This document shows positions 1 through 12,774 of a stretch of DNA of 64,000 nt, in pieces (the stretch's first letter is position 1; each line of letters opens with the position of its first letter). The translations under genes and the position numbers were made by a program. The stretch is from the human T2T-CHM13v2.0 reference genome, Homo sapiens, in the NCBI RefSeq assembly GCF_009914755.1, contig NC_060930.1. One strand, 5' to 3'. Under the pieces are notes generated by a model. It did not search any database. It had not been told where the DNA came from and saw nothing but the letters and a program-made list of their open reading frames with translations.

Positions 1-54
1 TGGAATGTTCAGAGAAGTAGGAGGAAAGACGAAGTCAGGATGCTGCATTAAGCC

Positions 55-190
55 TGACAAGTAGGAGGTAGTTGGTGATCTTCCAGAGAGCAATTTCACT
101 GGCAAGGTGAAGGTAGAGGCCAAGTGAAGAGAGAGAGAGAGAGAGAGGAGAGAGACATATCCAAGGAGGGGAGAATTCTGAGAAGTTTTC
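55..190 (-). mobile_element. L2 LINE relic containing a short (GA)n tract
   Basis: 'aggaggtagttggtgatcttccagagagcaatttcactgg' resembles the antisense L2 segment AGGAGGTCATTGGTGACCTTGACAAGAGCAGTTTCAGTGG; GA tract at about 128-155. Confidence 0.5.
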
Positions 191-1419
191 TTGGGTTGAT
201 AATCTTACGTTGCCTTTACGGCAGATGGGAAGTCTTTACTAGCTAGGACCACTAATTAAGAACATTTCATGAGGAAAATAAAAAAGACTTTCCAAATTAC
301 TACATTATTATGAGTGAATTAGGAGAGCAATTTGATCACTTGGAAAGTGCTCCTCTTTCAATAAATGTAAAATATGGATTCTTGCTGAGATTTCTAAGCT
401 GCTTCATCTAAATTATATGCTAAAGTAGAGAAACAGATGTTAAATATGATTAAAACCAATTACAAGTTCCGCAGTACAATACTGTGTTTTACTTACATTA
501 GTCTCCCTGCTAGCTTAGGTGCCATCCGCTTTGCCTTTATTTCCTGTTCATAACTCCAGGGTAAGCAATGTGGGGGATTTATGCAGTTTAGAACAGAACC
601 TGACAGGGAGGTACAGATTCAAATGGAAGTGCCTCCGCAAATCTAAACAACTAGCAGAAGGCTCACTGGGGAGGGATGTAGGGGGTGTCCTAGTTTTGCA
701 TATAAAACAGATTGTTAAGTTTCTGGCCTGACATATCAATGCTTGTATCAAAACTGAATTTTGACTTAATACTGGGGTGAGCTTTTTCCAGATTTTTGTT
801 TGTTTTTAATTTTTCAAATGGGTTGTTGCTATCTTGAGCATATGACTGTCTGATGCCTGTGCTTTGTCATTCAGGGACTGAGAGGAGAAACACAAATACC
901 TCAAGAAAAAGGAGATTTGTTCATTATTAAAATTTTGGTGGACTGGGACGGGAAGTGATCAGAAGTGAGGCAACTCTGGGGAATTGGTATTCTTAGGGTC
1001 TTGTGGTCACATTTGCAGCTCTCTGCTGAGGCAGCATGTATGCTCCTTTCCTGAAGGATTCCTCTATAGATTCACAGGACAGCCTCCTTAGAACTTCAGC
1101 CTTGTGACTATTCTGATGCCCTCTTACTTCATGGATTTCAGTTCTCACAGTGGACGACTTCAGTCTCCTAGGATCCTCTCCTTAAATTTCTTGAGGGTAA
1201 ATCTCTTGGTTTCTGCTAATCTTTCAGGCCAGACTATTGGCCAACCTCTGGAGTGGCTGCCCTTGTGTCAGGGACCATCCATGGCCAATCAGCTTTGGTG
1301 GGGCTTTGGGAGCCATCTGATAACAAAATGTGTCTGTTCCTTGAGCAAGGACTGTAGACCTGGAAGATTGCCGTGGATGGGACTGTAAGCAGCACACTTC
1401 CACTAGAAGTTACCTTGCT

Positions 1420-1490
1420 AGTCTCAGTGTCTAACACATAAGAGGTCCTCAATAAATAAATATCTGTTGAATAAATGACTGACAATAAAT
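1420..1490 (+). mobile_element. L2 3' terminus
   Basis: 'cagtgtctaacacataagaggtcctcaataaataaatatctgttgaataaatga' matches the L2 3' tail. Confidence 0.65.
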
Positions 1491-1567
1491 GGAGTGGCTT
1501 TGTTTTATGATTAGAAGCGTGTATGTTTGTATGTGTGAGATAAATATTCTCACGTTTGAGACTAAAG

Positions 1568-1780
1568 TAGGAGTGTCCAATCTTTTGACTTTTCTGGACC
1601 ACACTGGAAGAAGAATAATTGTCTTGGCTCACATATAAAATACATTATTACTGATGAGATTTAAAAAATTACAAAAAAAATCTCATAATGTTTCGTTAAA
1701 GTTTATGAATATGTGTTGGGCCACATTCAAAGCTGTCTTGGGCTGAATGTGGCTCACAGGTCATGGTTTGGATAAGCTTG
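1568..1780 (+). mobile_element. MER30 (hAT-Charlie non-autonomous DNA transposon), complete
   Basis: Starts tAGGaGTGTCCAATCTTTTG and ends TTGGAtAAGCTTG like the MER30 consensus. Perfect 8-bp TSD GACTAAAG at 1560-1567 and 1781-1788. Confidence 0.93.
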
Positions 1781-2467
1781 GACTAAAGCAAGTCCACCTA
1801 CATGTTTTTTAATTATTGTAATTGGAAAACTAAATGAGGTAGAGCTCTTGTGCTCAAGCAGCATCTGATAGAAAAATAACGATATTTCTTTTTAGGGGTT
1901 TAATGGTAAAACATATCTTAAATTCTTAGTCTCTAATCAGATATGGGTTGTATGCTTCAATATCTCACCCTCTCATTCTTTCTTCTCTTTGTGTAAAATA
2001 GGATCAACAGAGAAATCCAAGTTGATTTAAATATATATCTTTCTTATGAAATGAGTCAATGAATAGTTTAAAACTCTTGATTTCCTGGGACTCAAGTCTC
2101 ATAGGAAACTGATTACCATAACTCATTTTCAGAGTCAACTCTCTCAATTCTAATTAGAATTAGAAGTTTCTGAGGAATCCTGGGTACTTGTAATTCATAC
2201 ATAACATTAGTTATTCTTGAGTTATTCATTGGCTTGTCTTTGGGCAGTTTCTTTCAGCAGCCTCTCCTCATTTCTGCATGGATGGAGACTTCACCCTCCT
2301 GTTTTCTCACCATCCTCCATTTTCTTTCCATTCCACCATATCGTTTGTTCTGAAGTGATTGATGTGGTCACAGTGATAGTGTCCTGGTTTCTTTTATTTT
2401 TCTGAAGTCTTAAGTAATCTACATTATTAAGCTTACATTGTTTTATAGCAATGCAAGATATAGAGTG

Positions 2468-2890
2468 TGTGTTATGCTGTTCTTGCATTGCTATAAAGAA
2501 ATACCTCAGACTAGATAATTTATAAAGAAAAGTGGTTTTGTTGGCTCATGGTTCTGCAGGCTGTACAAGCATGGTTCCAGCATCTGGTGGGCTTCTGGGG
2601 AGGCCTCAGGGAGTTTTTACTCATGGAAGAAGGTAAAACAGGAGCAGGCACGTCATGCGGTGAGAGAGGGAACAAGAGGGAGAGGAGCAGGAGTTGCTAC
2701 ATACTTTTAAAACAGCTAGATCTCCTGAGAACTCACACACTATCCGAGGACAGCACCAACAGGATGGTGCTAAAGCATTCATGAGAAATCTGCCCCCATG
2801 ATTCAATCACCCCCGAACAGGCCCCACCTCCAACGCTGGGGATTACAATTCAACATGAGATTTATGGGGGCAAATATTGAAACTCTATCA
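2468..2890 (-). mobile_element. MST-family (MSTB-like) ERVL-MaLR solo LTR
   Basis: 'cattgctataaagaaatacctcagactagataatttataaagaaaag...ggggattacaattcaacatgagattt...tatca' is the antisense MST LTR. 5-bp TSD gagtg/cagtg with 1 mismatch. Confidence 0.9.
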
Positions 2891-3149
2891 CAGTGCTACT
2901 GTTGTGTACATTTCTTTGGAATGGATTGCATTCTGAAATAGTGCAAAAATACTGTCATCACTTTTCTTAATACTGTTAGGTCCTTTTCCCTTCAGTGGCA
3001 GTTTGTGAATACTGAGATCCCACAAAGCAAAATGCCATCCTACATCTTGAAGCTATGCTTAGTGGGATTCAGTGATTCCTATTTATAGATTAGGTACCTA
3101 GTGGTGATCTATGTACTATAAATTGCATGCTGATCTTTTGATGCCAATG

Positions 3150-3297
3150 CAGAGGGCAGCGTTCAGCATAAGAACGCAAGTAGAGGAGAGGCTGCAGGAA
3201 GCCAAGAGGTGATAGCAGAACTGGAAGAGTGGCAGGCCTTGGGTCAGGCCCTGACTTCTGGATCTTGAGTTTTGAATGGAATGTTTAGTAAATTAAT
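3150..3297. repeat. Copy 1 of a 148-bp dispersed direct duplication
   Basis: Ungapped match to 4360-4507 (offset 1210) with 8 mismatches. Confidence 0.97.
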
Positions 3298-3629
3298 GAC
3301 AAATTGATAAATACTTAAAACTACAAAAACAAGTGGTTGTAAGAAGCCATGCAACAAACTAGCCAGACAGCAGAGATTGTATTCACCCTAACAGGGCTTA
3401 AGTCTTGCCAAGCTGAAGATGTGGCAGTCAGGCACCAATGGGCATTGAAGGCTAAGAGCTGAAATTAGGAGTGAGGCTGACAATCCATGAGTGAGCGTGC
3501 GAACAAGTCAGTGGAGTGTGTCTTGGCAATAGTTTCTCTCCATGGCAGTCACCCCATCCTTTTTAGAAGCTGGGACCCAGGAAATCTGTTCTGCCTCAGG
3601 AGGTGCTTTAAAGCTTCTACGTTTCAGTC

Positions 3630-3840
3630 TAGTTGTTCTCCATTGGGGGTGATTTTGCTCTCCAGGGGACATTTGGCAATGTTTGAAGATATATTTGCTT
3701 GTCACAACTGGCAGATGTTACTGGCATCTAGTGAGTGAAGACCAGGAATGCTGCCAAACATTGTATAGTACATAGGACAACCCCCTGCAACAAAGAATCA
3801 TCTGATCCAGCATGTCAAGAGTGTCGAGGTTGTGAAAGCT
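3630..3840 (+). mobile_element. MER20 (hAT-Charlie)
   Basis: 'gggggtgattttgctctccaggggacatttggcaatg...ctggcatctagtgagtg...caacaaagaatcatctg' follows the MER20 consensus. Confidence 0.9.
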
Positions 3841-4064
3841 AAAGGAAGAAGGCATTCTTAAGGATGTATCTCCTACATGTTGGCTTCACATTACATGTTG
3901 GTCCATGCTGATGGCTATCTCTTCCCAACCTTCCCTACCACTGCACTTGCATCATCTTTTCTTCTTCCCCATTCATACTTTGGCTGACTTTTGAAAACTG
4001 CCCCTGAAAGGGATCATTGTGGAGTTTCTAAATGTTTTGAAAGTGTTCTTATCAATAATTCAAT

Positions 4065-4250
4065 TCTATTCAGTTCAACAAACATTTGTTGAGTTTTTGC
4101 TCATAACTATTTTGCTATATTCCCTGTGTAAGGGAATACAGAGGTGAATAAGCCTGGGTCCTTGTCCCATAAGAGATCATAATTTAGTGTGAGAGCCAGA
4201 CATATACATAATTAATGATAATCAAGACAGACTAGAGTAGAGCTATAATT
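4065..4250 (-). mobile_element. L2 3' end
   Basis: 'ttcaacaaacatttgttgag...gggaatacagaggtgaataagcctgggtccttgtccc' is the antisense L2 tail. Confidence 0.65.
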
Positions 4251-4359
4251 GAAGGGTAACCTAGCTGTCAGCTTGGGTCTTCCTGGCTCTACAGATTTAG
4301 GCAGCAGTGCCTCATATACTGCATGGGTATATGTGAGCCTTCTAAAATTTTTGTGAATT

Positions 4360-4507
4360 CACAGGGCAGTGTTCAGCATCAGAACACAGGTAGAGGAGAG
4401 GCTGCAGGAAGCCAGGAGGTGATAGCAGAACTGGAAGAGTGGCAGGCCTTGGGTCAGGCCCTGGCTTCTGGATCTCGAGTTTTGAATGGAATGTTTAGTA
4501 AATTAAT
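4360..4507. repeat. Copy 2 of the 148-bp dispersed direct duplication
   Basis: Ungapped match to 3150-3297. Confidence 0.97.
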
Positions 4508-4974
4508 ACTTTTACAGTCCATCTTCTGCATTAATGCCTTCTTTCTCTATCCATTTTCTCCGGAACACAGAAATTCATTCCTATATTGGTTTCTGAGTAT
4601 AAATCTACCCACTTAAAGATTTCTTTGAATTTTTACAGGATGCACCAATAATTCTAGATTATTCATGAAGGGGTCTCCTTGAATGTTACTTAGTATGCCC
4701 TTTCAGAGTCCTCTGTCCCCTCCTTCTCTTTCACTCTGACACTTGCCTCCCTACTCTTCTGCAGAACAACTTGTTTCCTTTATTGTCTCATTCCTAAAAG
4801 TTCTCTCCACACTCAGAACGTTTGTGATCTCACCTTTTACTCTAGTAATTTTTAGGATATACTTTTCCCCAAGAAATACAATTCTCTTCCTAAGAGAATT
4901 TCTGGCACCAGAAATAACATTTTGTTCCACATCTGTGCAAAAACGCAATCACATTACGTAAGCAGAAGAAATAC

Positions 4975-5365
4975 ACTGGGAGATGGGGTCAGGAAAAGCT
5001 GTCTAGGGGACGTGAGCCTGGAAGTATCAGCAGGAATTAAGAGACAGAAGAAGGGAGTGTGCAAATATTCCAGGCAAAACAAACAGCATCAGCAAAGGCA
5101 CAGAGGGTGAAGTGCTTTCTGTCTGGGAAACCGGTATGGAAAAGGTACAAGGAATATTCTTGCTGAAGAATTTAGACTTTGATCTGTATTCAGCAGGAAG
5201 TCATTAAAGCATCTTAAGCATGTATGGGAGAGTGGAGGGGATGGGGATGTCACAACCAGGTTCATATTTTAGAAAGATCATTGTGGATACCGTGTGGCAG
5301 AGGGATCAGGGCAAGGAGGAATGGTGACCTATCAGGAGACAGTCACAGTTGTCCAAGCAAGAAAT
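4975..5365 (-). mobile_element. L2 fragment
   Basis: 'attccaggcaaaacaaacagcatcagcaaaggcacagagg', 'gaatttagactttgatctg' and 'attttagaaagatcattgtgga' are typical antisense L2 blocks. Confidence 0.7.
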
Positions 5366-5614
5366 TACATGAGAATGTGAAAGGGGAATGGATAATATTT
5401 AATTTTTCTTTGTAATTTTTTTTCACTTCATGTGCATGCCTTTTCTCTTCTATGATAGGGAAGAAAAGAATATAATTCAGTGTCCTTAGATCTAACTTTG
5501 AGTCCTAGATTTGTGAATTCTTCAGTTGCTACGTCCATAGGGCTGCTGTTTTGAGCTATCTCAAATGGCCATTTGGGCTGAGCTATCATTATCTAGATGA
5601 CCATTCATTAACAG

Positions 5615-5640
5615 ATCATTAACATCATTAACATCATTAA
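5615..5640. repeat. 9-bp tandem repeat (ATCATTAAC)x~3
   Basis: atcattaac atcattaac atcattaa read directly. Confidence 0.85.
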
Positions 5641-6344
5641 GTAGAGAGACCTCCTCTTAGTGGGTCAGGCAAACAATGTGGAGGTTTTCTGAAATACTTC
5701 CTTTAAGTGCATCTCCTCTTCACTGCCAGTCTTTCTTTCTGGTTTATAAGGTTATTTTTGCTTTCTTGAGATATCTGGGGTTAAGTCACTTTGGTTTTCC
5801 TTCAAGTGTTTAAGGTTTGACAAAGCAAAAACCCTGGATGTGCCAGCCCCTGACTGTCTCCTTCAATTTTCCCTTCAGAAAGTTGCAGCAAGTTTTTCTT
5901 TTTAGAAAGTACTAACTTCTGGAAACTTGAACATGCCATATGTATTTGCTTGACCAGAGAAAGGATCTTTTTTGAAAATCTTTGGAATCTTCTCCTTAAA
6001 GATTTGCCTGGTAGTTTCACCTTCTAAATATCTGCACCTTGCCCTTACTTCTATGCATGGTAACTCTACCAACTTTGTTCCTGCATTCTTCCTCCAGCAG
6101 TTGCCATTCCAGGCTCCTGGTGACTTTGGGTTTCTGTAGTTTCTTCAAAGAAGTCCTAGAGCATTTCCTGGAAGAACTGAAACATTCTCACTTTCCCCAA
6201 GAACTTTCCCCATCTCTGTCATCCTGGTTTGGAGTGAGTCTTTACTCTCCAGGAAGAGAAAATCCAGTGAATTTGTGCATTATTTTTTTGTTCCAATCTT
6301 GGTTGGATCAGAATATCCTTAAAGAAACTAAAATGAAGAAAATA

Positions 6345-6530
6345 CTGCTTGGAATCAAGAATCATTTGCTGCCTAATAGCAGTGCAAACCTGGGAAAGTT
6401 ACAATGTGTCTCCAAATTTTAAAGTCTTTGTCTTTTAAGCTAATATAACACATTGCAGCCTTATTGTGAGAGTTAAATGAGATTACGCATGTGAGAACAC
6501 TTTCTGAACTTTAAAATTGTATATAAATTT
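6345..6530 (+). mobile_element. MIR SINE
   Basis: 'acctgggaaagttac' core and 'ttattgtgagagttaaatgagattacgcatgtgagaacactt' 3' part. Confidence 0.6.
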
Positions 6531-7604
6531 TGGTGTAGTAATTTTTCTACACTTGTTGCATGTCGTATGCTTCTTCATTAATAGTGGACAAAAATCTCAG
6601 TAAATGATATAATGAATCTAATAGTCCTAGTTTATGGGGTGGATGAGGGTGAGAAAAAGGGCTGCAAGAAAAGAGACAGCACTAACTTTTTGAGGATGTA
6701 ATTATTTTATAGTTAACAACAGGTAAGAAAGAAAGCCTCTTTACATTTTGGTCATGAGCCTAATACTTAAATTTATGCCACTAACCTGAGCCTCTCTTTC
6801 AGTCCAATATGTAACAAAAGAACTGAGAAGCCACAGGTCAGGTGATCTCTTATGGAATTTTGGGGTTAAAAGTGTTGAATTCTGATCAAACATCGTGAGA
6901 TACTATTTCTTAGATATTTTAATGATAAGGTCTCAAGAGACACATATCTCAAGTTTAAGTATATCCTGAAATTTTCCTGTTTGGAGTTCGCCCACCTCAA
7001 TGAAAGCTGCGTCTCTAGTCCTTCATATGGGATGGTTAACCCAGAGACAATGACACCTCATTTGCAATGATTTCCTCTATAGTTAGAAAAGAGCAAACAT
7101 TAGCATTTGGAAACAAAGAAATAATTCTGTGTATTTTGGATGGTTCACAATCATTTGGACAAGTAGTTTCCTCTATAGTCCAAAGCTTTCTCCAAAAACG
7201 CTCCAATGGTTGTTGCAATATCTCATGCCACTAAGTTGATTTCATTTTTTTTTCTCCTGGACATTTTTCACCTTTGTTTTAGCTACTTTTAGACTGTATA
7301 CTTGGAAAGCATGTTTTGAGGTAACTCTATCTTGGAGAAATCATGCGTCTCTCAACTGAAATCCATTATATGGCTGGCAAAAAGTTATTTGTAAATGGGA
7401 AAATTTGCTGAAATCAGGTGGTCAAGTAATTGGAAAAAAAGATGAGATAAAGCCCCAGGAGAGCATGTTAGAAATTGGAAATGCGTGGGTAGAGACTTGG
7501 GCATTTGCCTTCTCTTCAACTGGATTTATAATTTCAGAGGAGTCAGGGAGGAGATGAAGAGAAAGAAAGAATTATCAGTTGCCAAGAGAGAATTTAAGAA
7601 GCTT

Positions 7605-7623
7605 AAAAAAAAAAAAAAAAAAA
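7605..7623. repeat. poly(A)19
   Basis: Read directly. Confidence 0.95.
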
Positions 7624-9639
7624 GAACCTTGGCCAACAAAGATTAAACTAACTAAATGAATCAGTAAATTTTTATTGAAATTTTCTGTCTTTGGATGATT
7701 TCTCCAAATGTTTAGAGGTTTTCTTATTTAAAGGCTTAGTGATAGCACTTTCTCAGCTGTTTTATTGATGTTGAAGAACTCAATTCTACCAAGGTGACTT
7801 ATAAAAGCACCCTAATGCCTTTGGCTTTCACTCTGTATTCCTGAGAAACTGTTCTAATTTTGCCAAATGAATTGGGGAGGTGAGTCTGTATGAAACTTAT
7901 TCCAGGTTTGCTTTGCTGCAAATTATGTTCCTTCTTGTTATGAACATTTGAAGATAAAAATACTATTCCATTGCCATCTGTTAAGTATATTCTGTACAAC
8001 TCAAGAATATATTAGAACAATACCTTACGTATTGAATTTATCTTCCAGAGATGGGGTGGCCTCATCAGTCTCTGGTGTCACAGCACAGCCAGGACGCCCA
8101 AGAATAATGAACCCACCCTTATCTTGTGCACATGAATTCAATTTCCTTTCTATTGTAATGTCATATTTGATTCACTTACTTCTTATTTTTATTTTTAAAG
8201 GTTGCCTACAGCCCCAAGCCTCTTTCTCTGTCACCACTAATATAAAACATTTCTCAGAATTATCCAGTTCTGGGTCTGTTTGCCCTACTAGGCTTTGTGA
8301 ATACCTCAGACACCTAAGTAGAGTCCATAGATTAAAAATATTTTCCGCCTATTAATGTCAGGCAACTAGGATGACGTCTGAAGTTCAACTGGTAAATTTA
8401 TCATCACAGAAATTGTCTATTTGATTTCGTTTTTAAATTTATCTTCCATATACTCAGGAAACACATATGATCCTACTATATGTGGGCAGCATCCTGTACA
8501 CTGAACCTTAATGAGAGATAGGTCACAACACAGCCTGAATTTGAACCCAATTAGAGTAGCAAAAGATTCCGTGAGAATAAATCTCCTGTATTTGCTGGCT
8601 TCCTCTTTAGAGAAACAAGACAATATTTCCACATTATATTTACCTAATGGATGAGGCTCAGTCTATTAGATGAGATATAAAATAAATTAAATTCTGTGGC
8701 AGGTGAACACCCCAAGGATACTGTGGTTTGTAACACTATGTTAATATTCTCCAAGACCACTGCATGAGCTTAGCAGAGCTATCTTCAAAATTAGCTTTAC
8801 AGGCCACCTGCAGACTTCTCTTTTGCTTTCCTAATCAAAACTGCAATCCTAGGTAATTTAGCAAAATATTAAGTAAATAATTGCTTCAGAATATTTTAGG
8901 TTTAGGGACATAAATCTTATTCTTTTTACATGCCTGCTGATGCTAAGAAGCAGTGAGGTTCCAACCTTGCAATTTCAGTTTTGGGTGAGCTCTATTACTT
9001 TCCATTCTGAAAAATTAAATTCCTTTTGCAGATGGTTGTAACACAATCCTTAGCTAAATTATAGTGGGAAGAGGATCTGACTTCAGGGGTCTGTACAGTA
9101 CATACTCAGGATCAAGATGAAAAGGAGTGAAACAAGCTCTAGAGTTTTGGAGTGTATCCATGTGTACTTATGAATGTGAGCTCTTTTTTTGGAAATGGTT
9201 TTTGTTATGTGCTTCCAAATCGATGCCTTCTGAAACTGAGCACCAACTGGGATAATAAGGATCTTGTGGTGGGTGAGCCTTATAACTGCAGTTGTGGATG
9301 GAGGGGGCTTCCTAATTAGACCCTGGCAACTTAAATCTGGCAGTCTCTGTAACAAAAAGTGGTTGTGATAATAATGGCAGCAACAGGGTATGCTGTGTGT
9401 GAATTGAAAAGCATTTGCATTTTGAAATAAGCAATCTGCTTTTGGATGTAGCCGTTCCATAATGTCAAGGTTTGGTTTAGATTCTGCTTTGGTTCTGTTG
9501 GTGGCTTCCTTTATCCTTCTTTTACCTCCTTCCCTATTTTCTATAGGATGATGGGATTTTCTTCATTCCCTCCCACTTGCACTCACTGCCCCTTCCTCAT
9601 TGGAAAGTTGTTTATTGCCTTTTAAATTCCTTAATGGCA

Positions 9640-10440
9640 CTCTAACTTTTAACACCTTTTTGACTTAGTAATGTCAAGTATTAGTCCATGTTCTGCCCTC
9701 CTCCCAAATGACATAAAGACCTTCAGACTCTGTGGCTCTCATCGCTTCTCTATTAGCTTGCATGTAGTTGTCATCTGATATCTTAGTTTTATATAGTTTT
9801 TAAAAACTCAAAATTAGTCATTATTATTATCTTATCAAGCCAGTTATCTTATTTATTTTCAATTTCTTTTTCTTTTATTTTTTATTTTACTTTAAGTTCT
9901 GGGATACATGTGCAGAATGTGCATTGGTATACATGTGCCATGGTGGTTTGCTGCATCTGTCAACCCGTCACCTAGGTTTTAAGCCCCGCATGCCAATGTG
10001 TATTTAAATTTACCCCACACTTCTAGTTCTTTGCTCACCATTCCTCTTTGCATTTCCTTCCTTTCTTTACACTCTTTCATTCTAAGTCTAATTCACTCAG
10101 TGGGGCTGACATGTATCTCTTAAAACATGTTTCCATAGGGATCTGTTAATGGTAATTATACTCCGTTTTGTAATCTGAAAGCATCTATTTTATCCTCATT
10201 CTTCAAGGATAGTTTGGCTGGGCATATAATAGGAAATTGACAGTTATTTTCTTTTGGCACTTTGTATTATTTTCTTTCTTTATTAGTTTTTATCACTGTT
10301 AATTAGAAAGTCCTCAATGAGATACTGTTGCTTTCTGGATTCTCTGTTTTAAATAAACTATCTTTGTCTATTTTGTACTTCAGTTTCTCCACCATGTGCC
10401 TAGGCAGAATTCATTTTTGTTCATCCTGTTTAGGACTCCT
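9640..10440 (-). mobile_element. Ancient L1M/L1ME/HAL1-type fragment (ORF1-side region), interrupted by a younger L1PA piece
   Basis: 'tctgaaagcatctattttatcctcattcttcaaggatagtttggctgggcatataataggaaattgacagttattttcttttggcactttg' is a classic old-L1 antisense block. Confidence 0.6.
9862..9993 (-). mobile_element. Very short 5'-truncated L1PA (about L1PA8-11) 3' end
   Basis: T-rich tail then 'actttaagttctgggatacatgtgcagaatgtg...ccatggtggtttgctgca...aggttttaagccccgcatgc'. Confidence 0.85.
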
Positions 10441-10494
10441 GAAAGTGTAGACCAGAAAAAAGAGTTGCCTACAGCCTTAGACAAGAGTTTTTGT

Positions 10495-10785
10495 GCTGCC
10501 TTTCCTAGATTTCCATCATTCATAGGTTACCTTCACAATGTTTGCCTTTTCTGCTGACTACTTGTACCATTATTTGTTTAATATCTTTTTTAAAACTGAC
10601 TTTAAAAAAATGTAAATTAGTTTAAATCAGTATAGAAGAAAAAGCCTATGAAATCATGGGCTTGATATGTCAATTATAATTTTTCTAATGAAAATATAAC
10701 TATTATTTTATTTAAATAAATATATGTCTACTACAATGGAAGAGTCCACCTGTGTCTCACCTAAAATACCTTATACCCCAGCATT
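10495..10785. mobile_element. Probable hAT-Charlie-type DNA transposon relic, family not assigned
   Basis: 'accttcacaatgtttgcc...cttgtaccattatttgtttaatatcttttt' and 'aaatcatgggcttgatatg...cacctaaaata' resemble old Charlie MITEs. Confidence 0.4.
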
Positions 10786-11881
10786 TCAATCCTGTGAATG
10801 AGACTGTCATTGTAATGTGTCATCATTTGAGTTCTTCCTCACACTTATGAGGGGATTTTATTCTTTGTCTGAAATGGTTTCTGGAAGGTTCTGCCTTTGG
10901 TTAGGGAATTATCTGATTCTGGGTAGCTTGCTCCAACATGAAAAAAGAGGATGGTGGTCTATGCATTTGGCCATACTGGCCAAAGGAAGTGGCTGGAAGT
11001 GGTGAAAGCTGAGGCTGAGAATTGAGAGTGGCTTGATTCTAGAGGTTTTTTTGTTCACCACCCCACAAAAAATATTTTATCCTTGATGGACACATAAATT
11101 TGTGTTTAAACACACATGTTGTGGTCAGTACTCTTTCATCAAGGAAACTGATTAATAAAGCAAAACTTTTCTTAAATTTGCACTTCATAAGTTAACAAAA
11201 GGCAACAACACACGATACCAACTTACCACTGCTTGAGTGAGCCAAGGGTGGAAGAAATTTATGGGCAGATTTAAAATGTTTTGCTTGATCAGAATATTCA
11301 CATAATATGCTAATTGAGGAAAAGATAATTCCTCGGTCAAATTCCCACTCCAACTGGGATATTATCACTGTTTGAAACACTGAAGAGACTATGATATGCT
11401 AATAGCTTTAAATTGGTTCACATTCAAATTTCTAGGTGTTTGGGGAAGCTAAACATGCTTTACAGTGATTGGCCTCTTCTGTAAATGTGGCCTTAGGTAC
11501 CACTTCTTGTGTTGAACAGCCACTTTTACATCCAGGAGTGATAGGTTCCAGGCCTAGTTATCTCAGTCTTCCTTAAGCAGACATGGCTATTTGCCATCTC
11601 ACTGGGGGACCTTCCCTAGTGAGCAACCTGGCTGCTTAGCTGGTTTTAATTTGGTCTTTTGTGGAAAGTTTTATTTAAAAATAATTATAAAAAAATCCAT
11701 TAATGCTCAAGAAAGTGAAACTTGGGCCAGGATAAAAAGAATGCAAAAATGTCAGCAAATCATGCATACTTAGAAACTACAGTGAAGGAATAGATTCAAC
11801 CATGTCTGACCCTGCTATAATGAGCTGTGTTTGGTTTTGGGTAGAAAATACACTTGCATATCGATTAAAGCATAGCAAACA

Positions 11882-12188
11882 AGTTGGGCGCGGTGGTTCA
11901 AGCCTATAATCCCAGCACTTTGGGAGGCCGAGGCAGGCAGATCACTTGGGGCCAGGAGTTCCAGACTGCCTGGCCAATGTGACAAAACCCCGTCGCTACT
12001 AAAAATACAAAAATTAGCTGGGAGTGGTGATGCATGCCTGTAATCCCAGCTACTCGGGAGGATGAGGCTTGGGAATGTTTTGAACCCAGGAGGCGGAAGT
12101 TGTAATGAGTCGAGGTATCGCCCCTGCACTCCAACCTGAGCGAAAGAGAGACGCTGTCTCAAATAAATAAATAAATAAAAATAAAAAA
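11882..12188 (+). mobile_element. Alu (AluSz/AluJb-like), full length
   Basis: Both arms, central A-rich linker and (AAAT)n tail. Candidate TSD agcaaaca at 11874-11881 and 12188-12195. Confidence 0.95.
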
Positions 12189-12774
12189 GCAAACAGATTC
12201 AGAATAGGTTTTACCTCATTTTTTAGAAAACCCATGAACCCAATGGTAATTTAAGGGATACAAATTAATACAGAAGAAAGATTCTTTGAGAAACAACAGT
12301 GCCTGCTGCCAAACAAGGAACATAGGAAAAAAAAAAGAAGTCAAAAATTAAGGAGAAATAGTAATGCCCAAAAGTCAGAACTTCGATGTCTCACGTTAAA
12401 AAAGAGAGAAGACAGTGAAGAATCCCTTGCCTTCCACCCTCCTGGGGGCTTCTCCCCTACCTGGGGATACAGAGCGAAGAACTGTAAGTGTTTGCCTCCA
12501 CTTGAGAAGATAATGGAGCCATAGGGGGTTGCATTTTGAGATGGTGTTAAGACACAGGGCAGACAAAATGGAATAGACAGGCCCTAAAGTTCTTATGGAG
12601 CAGCCCTGTAATATCCTCAGCGTCAGCAGACTCAGACCCTAGATATCTGCTGGCATTCTATTGACAAAAATTGTGTGCCGCTGTCAACTAGTAAGTAGAT
12701 TTTGCTTAGGGTGTCGAACTAACCCTCTGTTGCTAAGTTGGGTAAGTAACTCTTTCAGGTTGTTGAGGGAGGGG

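Noticed and set aside
2146-2161. 16-bp perfect palindrome AATTCTAATTAGAATT
   Set aside because: An 8-bp AT-rich arm is expected about once by chance in 64 kb.
3150-4507. Direct repeats read as the LTRs of an unknown retroelement
   Set aside because: No TG..CA termini, PBS, PPT or TSD, and the interior contains much older MER20 and L2 sequence.
11815-12235. ORFs of 61-125 aa here, and similar ones at 31763, 41226, 47830 and 51594
   Set aside because: Translations of Alu sequence ([16 protein letters not shown]-type frames).
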